Shown piece after piece: positions 14,801 through 27,100 of a stretch of DNA of 64,000 nucleotides. Under the pieces are notes generated by a model, which was not told the origin of the DNA, did not search any database, and saw only the letters and a list, made by a program, of their open reading frames with translations. Source of the DNA: Amoebophrya sp. A120 (lineage: Eukaryota; Protista; Dinoflagellata); assembly GCA_905178155.1 (NCBI GenBank), contig CAJINV010000001.1, forward strand, positions 2,125,572-2,189,571, in the 5' to 3' direction. Each line of letters opens with the position of its first letter. Positions within the stretch are counted from its first letter, which is position 1. The translations under genes and the position numbers were made by a program.

Positions 14801-15405
14801 TCGCTCCCACCCCGTAGTCAAGTAGTTGGGAACTTAGCAACACAAATCCAGAAGTTTTGGGAGCCACGCATGCCAAGTTGCAGTCCGTAGTGTAGTGCAG
14901 GTTTAGGTTAGCAACGGAAATTGCATCACAAATCCATCTGCTCATTCTGTTTTCAGCATTACAAATGCCAAAACACGATTGAAAATGCCTCTATTGGGTC
15001 TGCGCATTACAAATGTTCAGTTCCTGTAATCGCAAATCTGCATGACAACTCTGGGTTGGAAATGTTTTTACATAGGATAACCGGCGCCATCCATTCATCC
15101 AATTCCGCGATGGCCTTGTTCAGAAAAAGCTGGACCGCGATGATTTCCCCCGTTAGCGCCTCCACGAAATGCCGCCCGTGGTCAAATTTCAAACAGGCGA
15201 CGATCTCTCGTTCCTGCTCGGTCAAAAAACGCTGGAGCTCCTTCAGTTGGGCGATCCGGTAGTCATACGACCGCGTTTTTCCGCTTCGGAACGTCTGGTG
15301 TAGGTCGGAAACCCGAGCTTCCATCCGTTTCGACTCGGATCGCTGTCGCAGCAGCTTGTGCGGCGACGGTGGCCCGTCCGAGTGGTTGTTCGGTGAGCTG
15401 CTCAT
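11890..15405 (-). CDS. Aldehyde dehydrogenase, class-3/fatty aldehyde dehydrogenase-like; 6 exons, 5 introner introns
   Basis: After splicing: FRSGKTRSYDYRIAQL, EPKGVALVIAPWNYP, GNCCVLKPTE, FTGS, TLELGGKNP, NCGQVCMAPDY, KDEIFGP, LPFGGIRRSGCGRVHG; hydrophobic C-terminus. Confidence 0.93.
12674..12909. mobile_element. Introner in ALDH
   Basis: DR tcaaa; TIR core gttacattctcaactg; restores MEDPILKDEIFGP. Confidence 0.9.
13582..13726. mobile_element. Introner family B in ALDH
   Basis: DR caaaa; tatcctgtgcaaaagtatc…gatacttttgcagttcata; restores LPKILLED. Confidence 0.92.
14053..14223. mobile_element. Introner family E in ALDH
   Basis: DR cgcct/tgcct; similar to 34009; restores FTQALLQ. Confidence 0.88.
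14436..14714. mobile_element. Introner family C in ALDH
   Basis: DR cccct; perfect TIR tatcctgagtaaaaacgtacccacaccagagt; restores EPKGVAL. Confidence 0.95.
14784..15079. mobile_element. Introner family C in ALDH
   Basis: DR aacgg/accgg; homologous to the adjacent 14436 copy. Confidence 0.88.
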
Positions 15406-16465
15406 GATGTTGATGGCCGAGTCGTCGTGTCGAGGCAGGAGCGGAGGGAGTCAAGGTCTTGGTCAAGCGACGAGATGCAGCGACCTGGAGGTCGTGCAAG
15501 TACCGCCGTGGTCGCAGGAACGATTAAGAAGAAGGATCAGCGGTTGCGCGCCGGGCACGACCGTTTTCAATTTTTGACGCGGTTACGACCGTTTTGGCAG
15601 CATCACCGTACATTCGGTTCTTTGTTTTATTGCCAACCACTAAGTATGATTTTTTCACAAATGGCACTGGAAGACGAAGATATCAGGACGGTCATATCGG
15701 TGGCGCTGAAGTCCGAGATCTAGCATGTGATGAAACGAGGCTTCAACATACTCGAACAAAAGTGATGGTGATGGATCATGCATCATGTAATATTATACTT
15801 ACATAGGGGCGCCGGAGTACGATTCGGATCGGCTTCTGCACGAGGATATTAGCGATACCGCGGGGGAGTGTATTCTTTTTACAAAGTTGAAGGTCATGAT
15901 TAAACTAAAGTGCAGTGGGGGCACGATCCTTCAAGTGACACGAGACGGGGACGGGGTGGAGGGGAAGCTGCTAGAGGTAGAGAGGAAAGAGTGAGCACCA
16001 GCTGTTGCAGTTCCTGACATAAGTTCTTGCGCAATCAATCAAGACACTTTCGCTGGTTTGAATCTTTTCGAGATGTTGAACTGCTTTGAAGAAAGGATCT
16101 CAGAACTCATTGCGCACCGAATTATGCCTACCTTGGTTGCAACACGAGGGAGAGCTCTAGAACACTCATCTGCAAAAAAAAATGTCTACTCAATTCACCT
16201 TGTTGTTGTTCCTTTTCTTATTTACACCTCTTCATACAGAAAGTCAAAATTTTCACGCTTCAGTTCCTAACCACTAAGGAGAGTGATGATTTTTCGTGTC
16301 TTTCTCTTGTTGCGTCGCATTAACATGTCTGTATATAAAAGACGTTCGCGTTTCTTTTGTTCGCGCCACTCGTCCTCATACAGTTTCAATTTGTAGTTTT
16401 CACAATACAAAAGCAAATACTCACTCACAAACATCTACATCTTCGTCATTCGCAAATCAATAAAC

Positions 16466-19400
16466 TCAGTAAACATTTAACAACGCTCGAAACTGACCCG
16501 GAAAGTCTTTCTCTTCGTTGCATTTCGACAATGCAATCCAATCCGCCGCCTCCGCTTCTGTCGTACGAAAATACAGCCGCTGCAACGCCTTCGAAAGCGT
16601 TTCTGGGTCGATATCGCTGTAGGAGTCTCCGGTTGTACGAACTACGCTGGAAGTAGGTGTCGCCGCAGCAGTGTTGTTTGATTTTACAGTAGTTGCGGCT
16701 TTCGTCCCAGGAGCTCCTCCTAGGATCGTACTCGCCGCGCTCGCTAGGTCCCGCGGCGCGGCGTGGTTGACCACGGGATCAAAAATCTCGTCCTATCAAC
16801 TGTAAAAATGTCTGGGTCTGGAAACTCGTGATGCTGGGTGGCGTTTGTTCATGATGAGGCTACAGATGCTGGCTCAGCATGACAAGTTTCTGAGCTCTTA
16901 GGTGTTGCCTATTCTGCATGACAAACTGCGCCTCTGCATCACAGAAAAACGGAGCTCTTGGGTAACGCGCATGACAGATTTAAGAGTCATGCCAGACAAG
17001 CATGACAAACATGAATTCTTCCAGACCCAGACATTTTTACAGTTGATACGTCCACAAATTTCCCTAATTCCCCCGGGGAAACAAACGAGTCGGCGCCGGA
17101 GAGATCCGCTACCAGCGCCTGGGCGTCCTCGACGGAGTAGCCTGCCAGGGCGAGCGGCTCAATCATCCACTCATGCACGTCGGAACCCGTGATCGCGTCT
17201 GTGTTGAAGGGATTTCTTTGATCAGATTCAGATCTTAGACCACATGTATCGTAAAATTATTCATCAATCCATGGAGAGACGGCCTCATCAACCTAACTGG
17301 TGAAAGTTGAAACTCAAACTATTGAGAAGATTTAAGTGCCATCTTTGTCCCGATCCATGGTTCGGAAGAGCGTGCTGTTGCACAAATCCCGAACCAAATC
17401 CGCAAACGGCGAAGGCTGGGGTTTACTTGGCGCGGATACAACGGCAGCAGTGGAGCTGACAGAGGCTTTGTTTTTTCCTAGGAGGTTGACGCTATTTTTC
17501 ACGTTCTGCCCTTGTTGTCCTTGTGCTGCAGACACTAGCTTGGTGGAGGTCGTCTTCGACGTGTTGCACCGATCATTCAAACCGCTTTCTGAGCCGGCTG
17601 GTGATTTCGCGTTTTCCACCGTGGTATCAACTGTGACGCTGGTCTTTACTCCCTTCTTTTGTTCCACTTCAACGCCGTACTTGTGCTCATCTTTCTTTTC
17701 ATCGCTGTTGACCTTCTCAAAGTCCAACTTCGAGACAGAATTCGCGAGTAACGAATTCGCCGAATTTCTGGCACTTACGCGCTTCACCTGTTCCTGCAAC
17801 GGCGTCTCACTAGTCGACTTCACCGAGCGCCGGCCTGTGCTGCTCAGTCGAGCGGAGTTCCGCCCTGCACTTCCCTTCGCGGCGCTACTTTCTTTCACGG
17901 AGATCCGCGCACTTTGTCGACCGCCGGGTTGAGCCGGCACGGCGTTCTCCTTTTCAGACTGGATGCTCTCAGTTGCACATGTTGCTGCTCCATCCCCTCC
18001 TAACTCCGCAGCGAGGTGGACTGGGGCATCACCACCAGCCTCGATGCTCTCGTCTTCCTTCAGAGTACTCAAATCCACTCGAGCGCTCAACCGCGAGGCG
18101 GGCATTGGAGGTTCCGGCGTCTTCACGCTTTTCCTCGGTACTGCACTGCTTGTGTGAGATGAAATCCGCGCTACGGGATTAAAGCTGCCCGTAGAAGTTC
18201 CTGCCAACTTCTTGGCACTGTGGCTTGCACTTTCTACTTCCGGTAGTTCTTTTGAAGCTGCTCCTGTCGACAAATGTCCCTCGGGAATGGCGGGCATAGC
18301 GGCTTTAACACCACTTGCAAAGAGTCGCGGGTTTTTCGGTGTCTGGGAGGATTTTGCTTGCTTCGCCTCCTCCTGTGCTGGACTGGCGGAAGAAACATCG
18401 ACGTAGTCGGGCTCATATGCACTGGAAAAGTATCGCACTCGTAGTAATGGCAGTCCTGCATTGCAAACCAGACTTTCTACCCGAAGTAGCATGACAAGTT
18501 GCATTTTTGTACTTGAGAGAATGTGCCATGCAATTTTTCACACTAGTACGATACTTTTGCAATGCATAGCTCAACGGCCTTCGACACACGGACCATGGCA
18601 GGCGGAATTGACTTTTTTTCTGGGCTATGATCATGCTCTCCTTTCTTCTTCGCAAGATCTTCCCCGTCGCCAACAGAAGACTCACCCGCGTTTTGTAGTC
18701 CCGTAGCTCCTCCTGCACCGCCCTCTCCTGAGCCTGGTTTGGCTGTACGACTAGAAGATTCGTCTGTAGCCGACGACAACGGATGCTGAAGCTCGTCTCC
18801 TGCACAGGGGGAAATATCCTCCTCTTCTTCCTCCACAACCGTTAAGAGGTCCAGTTTCGCCCGCTTGCTTTTTCGCGTGTCGAAAGCGGCTTTATTCATT
18901 CCACGACTATGCTGTCCCTTTTTCGTCTCGCTACCGCTGGTCTCCTCCTCGCCGAAGTCACTCAATGCTTCAGTAGGTGCAGTGAAAGCGCGTGCCAGGC
19001 CTGCGCGCTTCTTGTGACCAGGGGCCAGTTCCTGCGACGATAATTCCGCCTCCTCGTCCTCCTCATATTGGTCGATCGCCCCTAAGTCGTCCGTGGTCGC
19101 CGCACGCAGGATGTCCGACGCGGCTTTTTTCGGTGGCGGATCGGAGGAAACGCGGTTTTTGTCCTTCTGCTTCGCCGTAATCTTCTTGTTGAACAGGCGG
19201 ATGTGCTTTTGCACCATGGACATGCAAACCGTTTGGGACTTGCGCTTGTCGATGGCCGCGGCGTCCACCAGCGGAAGTCCCTCGGGGATCGAAGTGAGGG
19301 GGAGCTGCTGGTGGGTGGACGAGGGTGTAGTAGTTGTCGCGGTAGTGGTGGAGTTTTTCTTCGAGGACTTCCTTGTTTTCGCGGGTGTTAGTGCAGAGGA

Positions 19401-20601
19401 TCCACTTGACATTCTGGAAGATGAACTACGGGGAGCTGCCTCGTCGCCGACAACTACATCACCTGGGAAGAGTTTGATCTACTTTTGGCTCCGGCTGCTA
19501 CTGTCATGAGCAAGAGCATCACAGTTCCGTACGTCATGACTCACAAATAAATCGCTACATCGCCATAATTGCTCATTGTAGTCAGTATACAGTTGAAGCA
19601 AAATCTGTTCAGGAACCTGCTGTAGCAGGGCCCGCCACCCGCACTGTTGAGACCTGCTCCTCACCAGCCGGAACGGAGCCTGCAGTCGTACTAGGCACGA
19701 CTAGAGACGTGTTCCGCGCGTCAGCGATGTGACTCGGCTGCGTTGTTTCCCGTCCGTACAGCGCTGGGCCTGCCGCAAGTGAACCATCGACCCCGGAACC
19801 TGCACCACCTCGCGCGGCGCGCACATTTGAAAGCTGCGCCGAGCGCGTGGGGGTGGACCGTGAAGTAGTTCCGCCGCTTGTACTTTTCGCGCTGTTCAAA
19901 GTAGCTTTAGTTGTTTCGAGCGCAATTTCTCCTTGATCGTCTCTTGCGGCACCGCAAGTAGCCCCGGCTTCAGCCGTTACGACTTCTTGTACCTTGCTTC
20001 CCGTTTCGTCCTCCACGGCGGTCGACCTCGACTTTTCGTTCCGTCGGTCGCCTTCCTCGTCTTTTTTTTCTTTCGCGTCCAGCTGCTCGTCCATGGCGGA
20101 CGTGGATTTTCTTCCACTATTCCTTCCCTCGCTGTTTCTACTTTTACCAGATTGAGATTGCTTTTGCTTATCCGTTGCAGCCGAGCTGGAACTCGACACG
20201 GACTCCGTCCGGGTATTTTTTCCAACGCGCTGCAAAACCGCGACCTTGGCCCCGGTGGCGAACGTCGACCGTGCTGTGGAGGTTCGAGAGGGTGGACCAG
20301 CTCCCGCAATTGAAGACTTCTTTTGGTTTTGTTGACCACTCTGCTCTTCACCTCTTGTAGGACTAGGAGTTGGAACTGCCGCGGTACTAGACTTTTTCGT
20401 ACTTTTCTTCTGTGATTTCTTATTTGCGGGAAGACCAGCGGCTGCAGGTGGTGGAGGTGCTGCCACGACAACTTCGATTTCATCATCCTGTTCAGGTGGC
20501 CCACCAGGCGAAACCACAGAAAACTGCGTCGTCTCCCGCCCGCGGTTTTTTACCGCGACGGAGGGTCGCTGCGTCGATTCGCGTGCAGACGAGGGAGGCA
20601 T
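16466..20601 (-). CDS. Large low-complexity protein with C-terminal EF-hand-like motifs
   Basis: Joins: KAVEPD across 18416-18568; DRDKDDAITGSDV across a GC-AG intron 17199-17339; KFVDEIFD across 16794-17048. Junction between ORFs 19609-20601 and 18543-19412 unresolved. Confidence 0.6.
16794..17048. mobile_element. Introner family A
   Basis: DR cgtcc; perfect TIR tatcaactgtaaaaatgtctgggtctggaa. Confidence 0.95.
18416..18568. mobile_element. Introner family B-like
   Basis: DR gctca; tatgcactggaaaagtatcg…cgatacttttgcaatgcata. Confidence 0.9.
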
Positions 20602-21056
20602 GGTTTTTTACGGCTGGAGGTGGACTTTTACAACTCGAGTACTTACTTATCTGATTCCGACAGCACTGATATCTTGACATATATTTATAGTATCATTTTT
20701 GAGCTGCATGTACTATGCCTCCTCTCCGTCCCCCACGCTCGTTTCTTTGTTTTCGCTCAACACGTCATAATACGCCTACAACGCTCCTCTCCACATCTAC
20801 TTACAAGATTGATCATCCCCAGTCACCCGCCACTCATGCAGAGAGATGCCCTTTCCGCTGTTCCGCCCCGGGGGAGTGCGAACAAAAGTCACGCCGTTCA
20901 TTTTTATGTGCGAGTGATTCATTTCTTGAATTGTTCTGCGGCCGCTCGTTTCTTATTCAAAAATTCTACAGCACGCGATGTATTTCTGCCTTTCTTGTTC
21001 CGTGTTTCTTCACGCACTTGCACTATTACGCATTTCGTTCCGCATCTTGCGAGCAG

Positions 21057-21455
21057 TCACCCGACCCCTGGAATTTCCAGTTCCAAGGGCACACCTTTGC
21101 GAAGAAAATGCACAACTCTCGACGGTTCCTCCGAAGTAGCTTCATCCCTTCGCCCGATTGCCTCACTGTACGCCTGTAGAGACGAAAACCCCAACACTCC
21201 CTCCAAAATGTCCCCCACCCGAAACCCCGCTTGGTGTCCCACGCAGCCGACGTCAACGCGGTCGACTCGTCCGGACTGTGCGTCCACCTGCATCCCGAAC
21301 AGCAGGTACTGCCGTACTTCACCTCCATGTTGATCTTCGCTAGCGTCTTGCTGCAAGTATCGCTTTTCGCTGTACGGGTCGAGGCAGACGCACCAAATTG
21401 GGAGGCCGGTGCTTGATTTCGAGCCCGGCCAGAGAAGCGACGAGGAGGAACCCAT
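21057..21455 (-). CDS. Small protein with PDZ-like region, possible N-myristoylation
   Basis: MGSSSS start; FGMQVD…RVDRVDVGCVGHQAGFRVGDILEGV…FLRKG resembles the PDZ consensus. Confidence 0.5.
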   Translation of the reverse strand: MGSSSSLLWPGSKSSTGLPIWCVCLDPYSEKRYLQQDASEDQHGGEVRQYLLFGMQVDAQSGRVDRVDVGCVGHQAGFRVGDILEGVLGFSSLQAYSEAIGRRDEATSEEPSRVVHFLRKGVPLELEIPGVG

Positions 21456-22014
21456 TTTTGTGATCTAATTCAAAAGGAACAGTCTTGCTTTGCGGTTCGC
21501 AACTCCGATCGAAGCAAGCTAGATTTCAGAAAAACTGACTGTGCAGTTAGAAGTATTCAGAACTGAGAAGCACCACACTCAGAAGGTGCAACTTTGAAAA
21601 ATACTCTCAAAGCCATTTCTGCTCGTACGCTCGTCCCAAGAAGAAACCAGGTCCCTGAGGCATCCGACACCCGCTGCCCGCTGCAATCACCACGTACTGG
21701 TACGACCACAAGCCCCTGCGTTCTGTCTGCAAGCAGACCCGCCAACACACAGAATATTTTTCTGGTTGAAGAGAGATCCGCATCAACGTGCGAAAAACTA
21801 ACACAGCACTGACTTCTCACTGGCTTCCTTTATTCAACCTCTGGCGCGCCGGGCCACTTCATATTGCGAATCTATCTTCGGGTGCATCTTTCGTTCCAAG
21901 CAGAAACCCGAGTGTGTTCGCGAGCCTGTGGCAACGCCTGCCATCAAGCGCATCGATCAACAGAGAAGAGTCACTAAAAAGTTAGTCCACGTTGTACCTA
22001 ACTCGATCATAACT

Positions 22015-22980
22015 TCAATGCGACAACAGAGTTCTCAATTTTTCCATTTTGTTCGTGACCGCCTGCATCGCCGTGTCCACGGACTGCTCCGCCTCCGCAA
22101 GTTCCCCGGTCGCAACCTTGTCCATTTCATTCGCTTTGCATTGAATCATCTTCACGTCTTCCTCGCTTAGACTCGGTTGTCCCGGTTCGTCGTTAGGATC
22201 CCCACCTCCAGAGGACGCTGCACTACCACCGCTACCTCCGCTTGATGTTCCGGAAAACAGCTGCGCCAACGTGTCTTTCGCTTGATCAATGAGTTTCTCC
22301 AGCCGTTCCGCGCGGACTACTTGCACCGATTTTTGATCCGAGCCTCCGTCCGTGCCGGCGTCTTCGTTCTCCGTGGGATTGTTGTTCGCCAAATTTGACC
22401 GGCCTTTATCGACGACATTCCCGGTTGCCGCGTCGAAAGCGGCGGCGTCGCCGGAGCCCGGTTTGGTTGGCAAACCACCACTGGCATCCGCGGGGTCGTC
22501 CTCTTGTTCCGTGGGTTTTGGATCAGGTGTGGTAGCCTGCTTTTCGCTGTCCGCGGATCCCTCCGCGTTCTCCTCTGCGGACTTCTCTTGGTCCTTCTCA
22601 GCCTCGTCGGAGGCTTGCTGCTCATCGCCGTTTTTGTTTTCCTCTTCTGCTCCGTCGGCGAAAAGCGTTCTTCGAGGTGGTTTTATGGTCGTGGCGCGCC
22701 GACGATCAAGTAGAACAGCACCGGAGTTGGACGGTTTCGACGAGAAATAAGAGTTGTCCTCGAAAAAGCTTGTTATGCTGGTTGAACGACTTACGTGAGC
22801 ATGGGCTGTTATGCTGGTTGAAAGACTTACGTGAGCACCATGGGCTCCTGGTCGTGATGTTGATGAGGATGAACACGACGAGGATCCAACCTGAAGTAGG
22901 ACATGATGTTGACCCGATTCTTCTGAAGTTGGCCCCTCAGTCGTAAAAGGATGAAGAAAGAGATCAGCCAGGCGACCCAT
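22015..22980 (-). CDS. Hypothetical acidic protein with C-terminal coiled coil
   Basis: 321-aa ORF on the same strand as neighbours; no recognised domain. Confidence 0.55.
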   Translation of the reverse strand: MGRLADLFLHPFTTEGPTSEESGQHHVLLQVGSSSCSSSSTSRPGAHGAHVSLSTSITAHAHVSRSTSITSFFEDNSYFSSKPSNSGAVLLDRRRATTIKPPRRTLFADGAEEENKNGDEQQASDEAEKDQEKSAEENAEGSADSEKQATTPDPKPTEQEDDPADASGGLPTKPGSGDAAAFDAATGNVVDKGRSNLANNNPTENEDAGTDGGSDQKSVQVVRAERLEKLIDQAKDTLAQLFSGTSSGGSGGSAASSGGGDPNDEPGQPSLSEEDVKMIQCKANEMDKVATGELAEAEQSVDTAMQAVTNKMEKLRTLLSH

Positions 22981-24168
22981 GTTAATGTTGGTCGGTAAGT
23001 GGAAACTGGAACTGCGTGTGAATAGAGACTGATTTCGATTTTCCTCGTTGTAGGTTCAGTATGCAGCAGCTAAGTCGTGCTAAGTTCGTCCGTTGCACAC
23101 GAAAGTCACGGAGCACCAGGGGCTACGAACTTCAAACGATATGCGACGGTCCGCGGCGATATCATGCCCTTTATGTCTGTTATTGCGAAATTGGTTGCAG
23201 CGACCGGAGGTCGAAAACGAATACGAGTGGGCGGGTTCGAGGACACAACGATGCTGCTTCATCACGACTTCATTGGAAGCTACGAGGACTTTGCGAGCAG
23301 ACAAGCCTGCTCCACCTCCTTGCGCAAACGACACATTTGCTTGCAGAGTCCTTGTGACTTTAGACGAGGATGTTGGAGAGACAACATCAATCATATCACC
23401 AAGAGCCATGCAGTTGTGCATTGGCCTCCTCCAGTGCTCGACGACGCCAGTTTTACTTTCTTTCTCTTGTACGACAAGGTGTCGCACTCGTCGGTTTGCG
23501 CTCTCCATGATCTTCCTCGTCAGTGTTGTTGCCAGTACCCTGCAGAGGGCAGATCTCTCTTCCTAAAAGCTCCGCAACAGCGAAATCCTTGCTCCAGCTA
23601 GTGTTAAAAGTCAGTTAGTAGCTACAACAGCAGCTAGAAGTCTTGAGTGTGATAATTGTGAAATTGAAATTCTAGAAGGTGTTAGTTCGTGATGCACGAA
23701 GTAACGTTCTTGCAGTCTGTCACTACAAGAGGTTGTTTACGATTGAAATTGAAATTCTAGTCCTAGTATTCTCATAGGTGATTTTGTTCTGTTGAAATTA
23801 CTAGTAATTTTGCATTGTCATTTTCGGAGGTTTTGATCTTGATGTCGGAGCTTCTACTACTCCAACAAATACCGCAGGTGGCTCACTCTCGCCGTGGTTG
23901 TAAAGAAACAAGAAGCTGCTTCGTCAAGTCTTAGTCTTAGAGCGAAACAACTTCTCATCGAGGTAGCCTTTGACGCGCGCGCGCCACAACTAGAACTAAT
24001 TCTATGCCATGGAAAGAATAATCAAATAAAAAGCTCACAGAAGCGCTAGTAGGCTTCGAGGAAAGGCGCTTACTTCCAGTACGAGAAATACCGGCTCTGA
24101 GCCTTACCGCACCTTCTATCAGGATTTTTAGCAGCTCTACACAGCACTAGAAACGGATCCTGTCCTGA

Positions 24169-27100
24169 TCAGCGCGGCCGTGCCGGCTTTTTCCCATTCG
24201 GCGTCTTAAACGTCGGCGGGTACAGGTCCGGATTGGCAACCACCCGCTTCGCTAATTCGTCCTTTCTTCCCGTGGTCTTCAGGTTACAAGCTTCCAAAAT
24301 CGCTTTTATCTCCGGCACGGTGCGCTTTTTCAAGTCTTCCAGCGTGTACTTACACTTCTTCTTGTTCAGTGCCTCCTTTTTCGCCAGTTTGCTCGCTGCG
24401 GAGGGCGATTTCTCGTCCGGCTTTTTCGGCTCCAGGTTCTCCTCGTCGGACAGAATTTGCAAATCCTTGACATTGTTCCGATTCCGTTTATTGTTCCGCA
24501 TTTTGTGCTGTTGCTGGTGCTGCGCTCTGGAATTTGAGTCGTCATTCGCTCCTCCTGGAATTTCTCCTTGTTTCTGCAGTGACTGCCCGAAGGACATGTT
24601 GGAAGATTCGTCCTCCAAAATCGGGGTGGGCGGTTGGTCGTCGTTGTTCCTGCTTCCATTCCTCGCACCAGCTGCCGCCCCCGGCGCTATGGTGTCCCGA
24701 TTCAAAACGGCCGCGGCTGTATTGCCCCCGGCAGAAGACGATGAGGCAGCTCCACCTCCACCTCCAACCTGGTGTCTGGCCATCGGCGGTGGGCGGATGA
24801 CGGAATTTTGCGAACCGTGCCAGTTGTCTTCCAACACGAAAGGGGGAGAATCGTCGTCCAGCATAGCTTGCCGTTTTTTCTTCGTCTGCGCCGCACCGGC
24901 GCCGCGTTTGCCGGAGGGGAGGGGAACTCCACCGCCGCCGCGACTCGCTTCCGCAGGCTTCACTTCGATATCTTCCAGGAGAAAATTATTGCTTGTCGTA
25001 GAAGCGCCGGGAGGTGGATGATTTTTGTTTTTTGTTTTCAAATCATCCTTGCTATCCTTGCGCTTATCGCTGGGGTTTATTATCGGTGGATCAGCATCGG
25101 CTGCGGAGGACGATGCAGGTGGTGCCGGATCATCGGCGCTTTTTCCTGGATCTCGATCTTTATTCAGAGGAGGATCCACCTGCTCCGAATTCACCTGCTG
25201 CTTGGCTTTGTTTACCATTACCTCGGGCGGTGCAACAATTGCTACGCCGGGCTGAAAGCTTTCATCTTCTCGCTTGCTTTTTTTCGAGCCCCCTGCTGCG
25301 TTAGCATCTGCATCTTCTGGCCTTTTCTCGTCTGGGAGACCTGCAGGTGGACCACGACCTCCCTGCTGCTCTACTTCGAGCTTTGTCTTCTTCGCTTCCT
25401 CCACTTTCGCAGCAGCAGTGCCAGAGACAAGAGCACCAGCGTCCTGACTCGAAGATGATCCCCCAGCACCTCCTGCAGTTGTCTCCACCGCCGGCTCCCC
25501 CGCGTCGAACACGATCTTCCGCCTTTTCGGACAGTAGTGCGGCCCGCGCCTCGTCCCCGGGGGTTCCATTTCGAAGTCCGCCTTCCCCCCGCCCTGTCGG
25601 CTCGCAAGAATGGGACTGCGGGCGCGACTCGCTTTCGAGAGGAAGGAGCTCGTGGCCGCGGTTGCAGATGCTGATGATGAAAACCCATTTCCGGCTACAC
25701 TGGGGTTTGGGAGTTGCGTTGGGTTGTTCTTTCTCCCTTTCAGAAGACTGGCGGCACCACCGAATTTCGCACCGCCTGCACCACCGCCAAACATCATTGC
25801 AGCCGTGTTAAACACCGCACTGCGGTTCATGGCCGCAGTGGAAGACTTTTGCTGACTCGAAGTACTAGTTCCACCGCCGACTAACGGCTGGGACGAAGAT
25901 GACTTATTTTGCTGCTGGCCCGTGGCACCCCCGACGGTCTTCAGCCAGTTCTCCTTGTGATTCCCATAGCGGATCTGGTTGGTGTTTTCCGTGCCACGGA
26001 GCAGTTGGTGCTTGCTCGAAGAGGACTTATCGCGCTGTTCTGTACCAAAACCGAAACTGCCGTTTGGAGGCGGGTCTTGCTTGTTTTTCGACGCCGCTGC
26101 AGTTCCAGTTGGAGATCCTGGCCTTATCTTTTCGCCAAATTCTTTCTTTGGAACCGGGGGCTCCGGAGGGTCCGGTGCGGCATCCGTCTCTTTCTCTTTC
26201 TCCAAACCGGTTACCGTCTGGCCGCGAAGTTTTGCGAGCAGGTTTTGTTGCCCCCCTGAAGTAGAGCCTGATGCGCTTGCTGCTGCTGCTGCTGGCGGAT
26301 TTTTTGTACTGACGAGAACATCAACTCCTGGCACTGGCACTTGTGCCTTCTTGTTTGCCCCCTCTTCTTGTTGCAAAAGTAGCCCGCCTGCCGCTGCCGC
26401 TCCGTCAGCGTTGTGCTTTTTCTCTTTGATGTGCTGCTTGCTCGAAGATTTTTCCTGATCCACATCGCTGTTCTTGTCGTGTTTCTTTTTCTCCCACATT
26501 TTTGCCATCTCGGACACTTTCGTTGAAAGTGGCTGTAAAGGAGAGCCTGCGTCGATTATGGGGGTCGGCGGATAATCCTCTGGTGGAACACCAGCGGCGT
26601 TATCATCTTCGTTGTTCGCAACCACCGGGGAGAACGCTGGCGAGCCGCCAACCTGCTCCGCCGAAAGCTTGTCTTTGTTCCTGCTACTTTTCGCTACATC
26701 AACTGCTCCTTCCGACACTGCAGATCTGCTAATATTTTTCGTCTCTGCAACGTTCAAGGACGGCGGCGGGGCGATGGGAAGTTTGTTCTGACTTGTTTTC
26801 TCAGGAAGGACTAATCCAGCAGCAGGTGGTCCACTTGAAGACGAAGAAGAAGAACCTACTGCTGGTGGTGCTGCAGAAGCAGCAGGGAGCGCGCTGCTCC
26901 GCATGGAGGCTTTATTATTCGGATGGTCTTTCACAACAGCAGGCACGTAAGTCGCCGTCCCGGTGGAGCTGGATGCTTTCTCTACCATCAAGACGTCCTG
27001 CTTCAGCTGCTCTTTCGTCTCCCGATTCTGCCGGTTGAACTGCTCCAATTTGCTACCCACGGCATCTACCAGCTTGTTGCTGTTCTTGTTTCCAACAACG

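Noticed and set aside
11890-15405. Fragmented ALDH (and oxygenase, START, ProX) as pseudogenes
   Set aside because: Every break traced is repaired exactly by removing element plus one DR, and catalytic motifs are intact.
23077-23601. Overlapping 140-175 aa ORFs on both strands
   Set aside because: No recognisable domain or coding signature; left uncalled.
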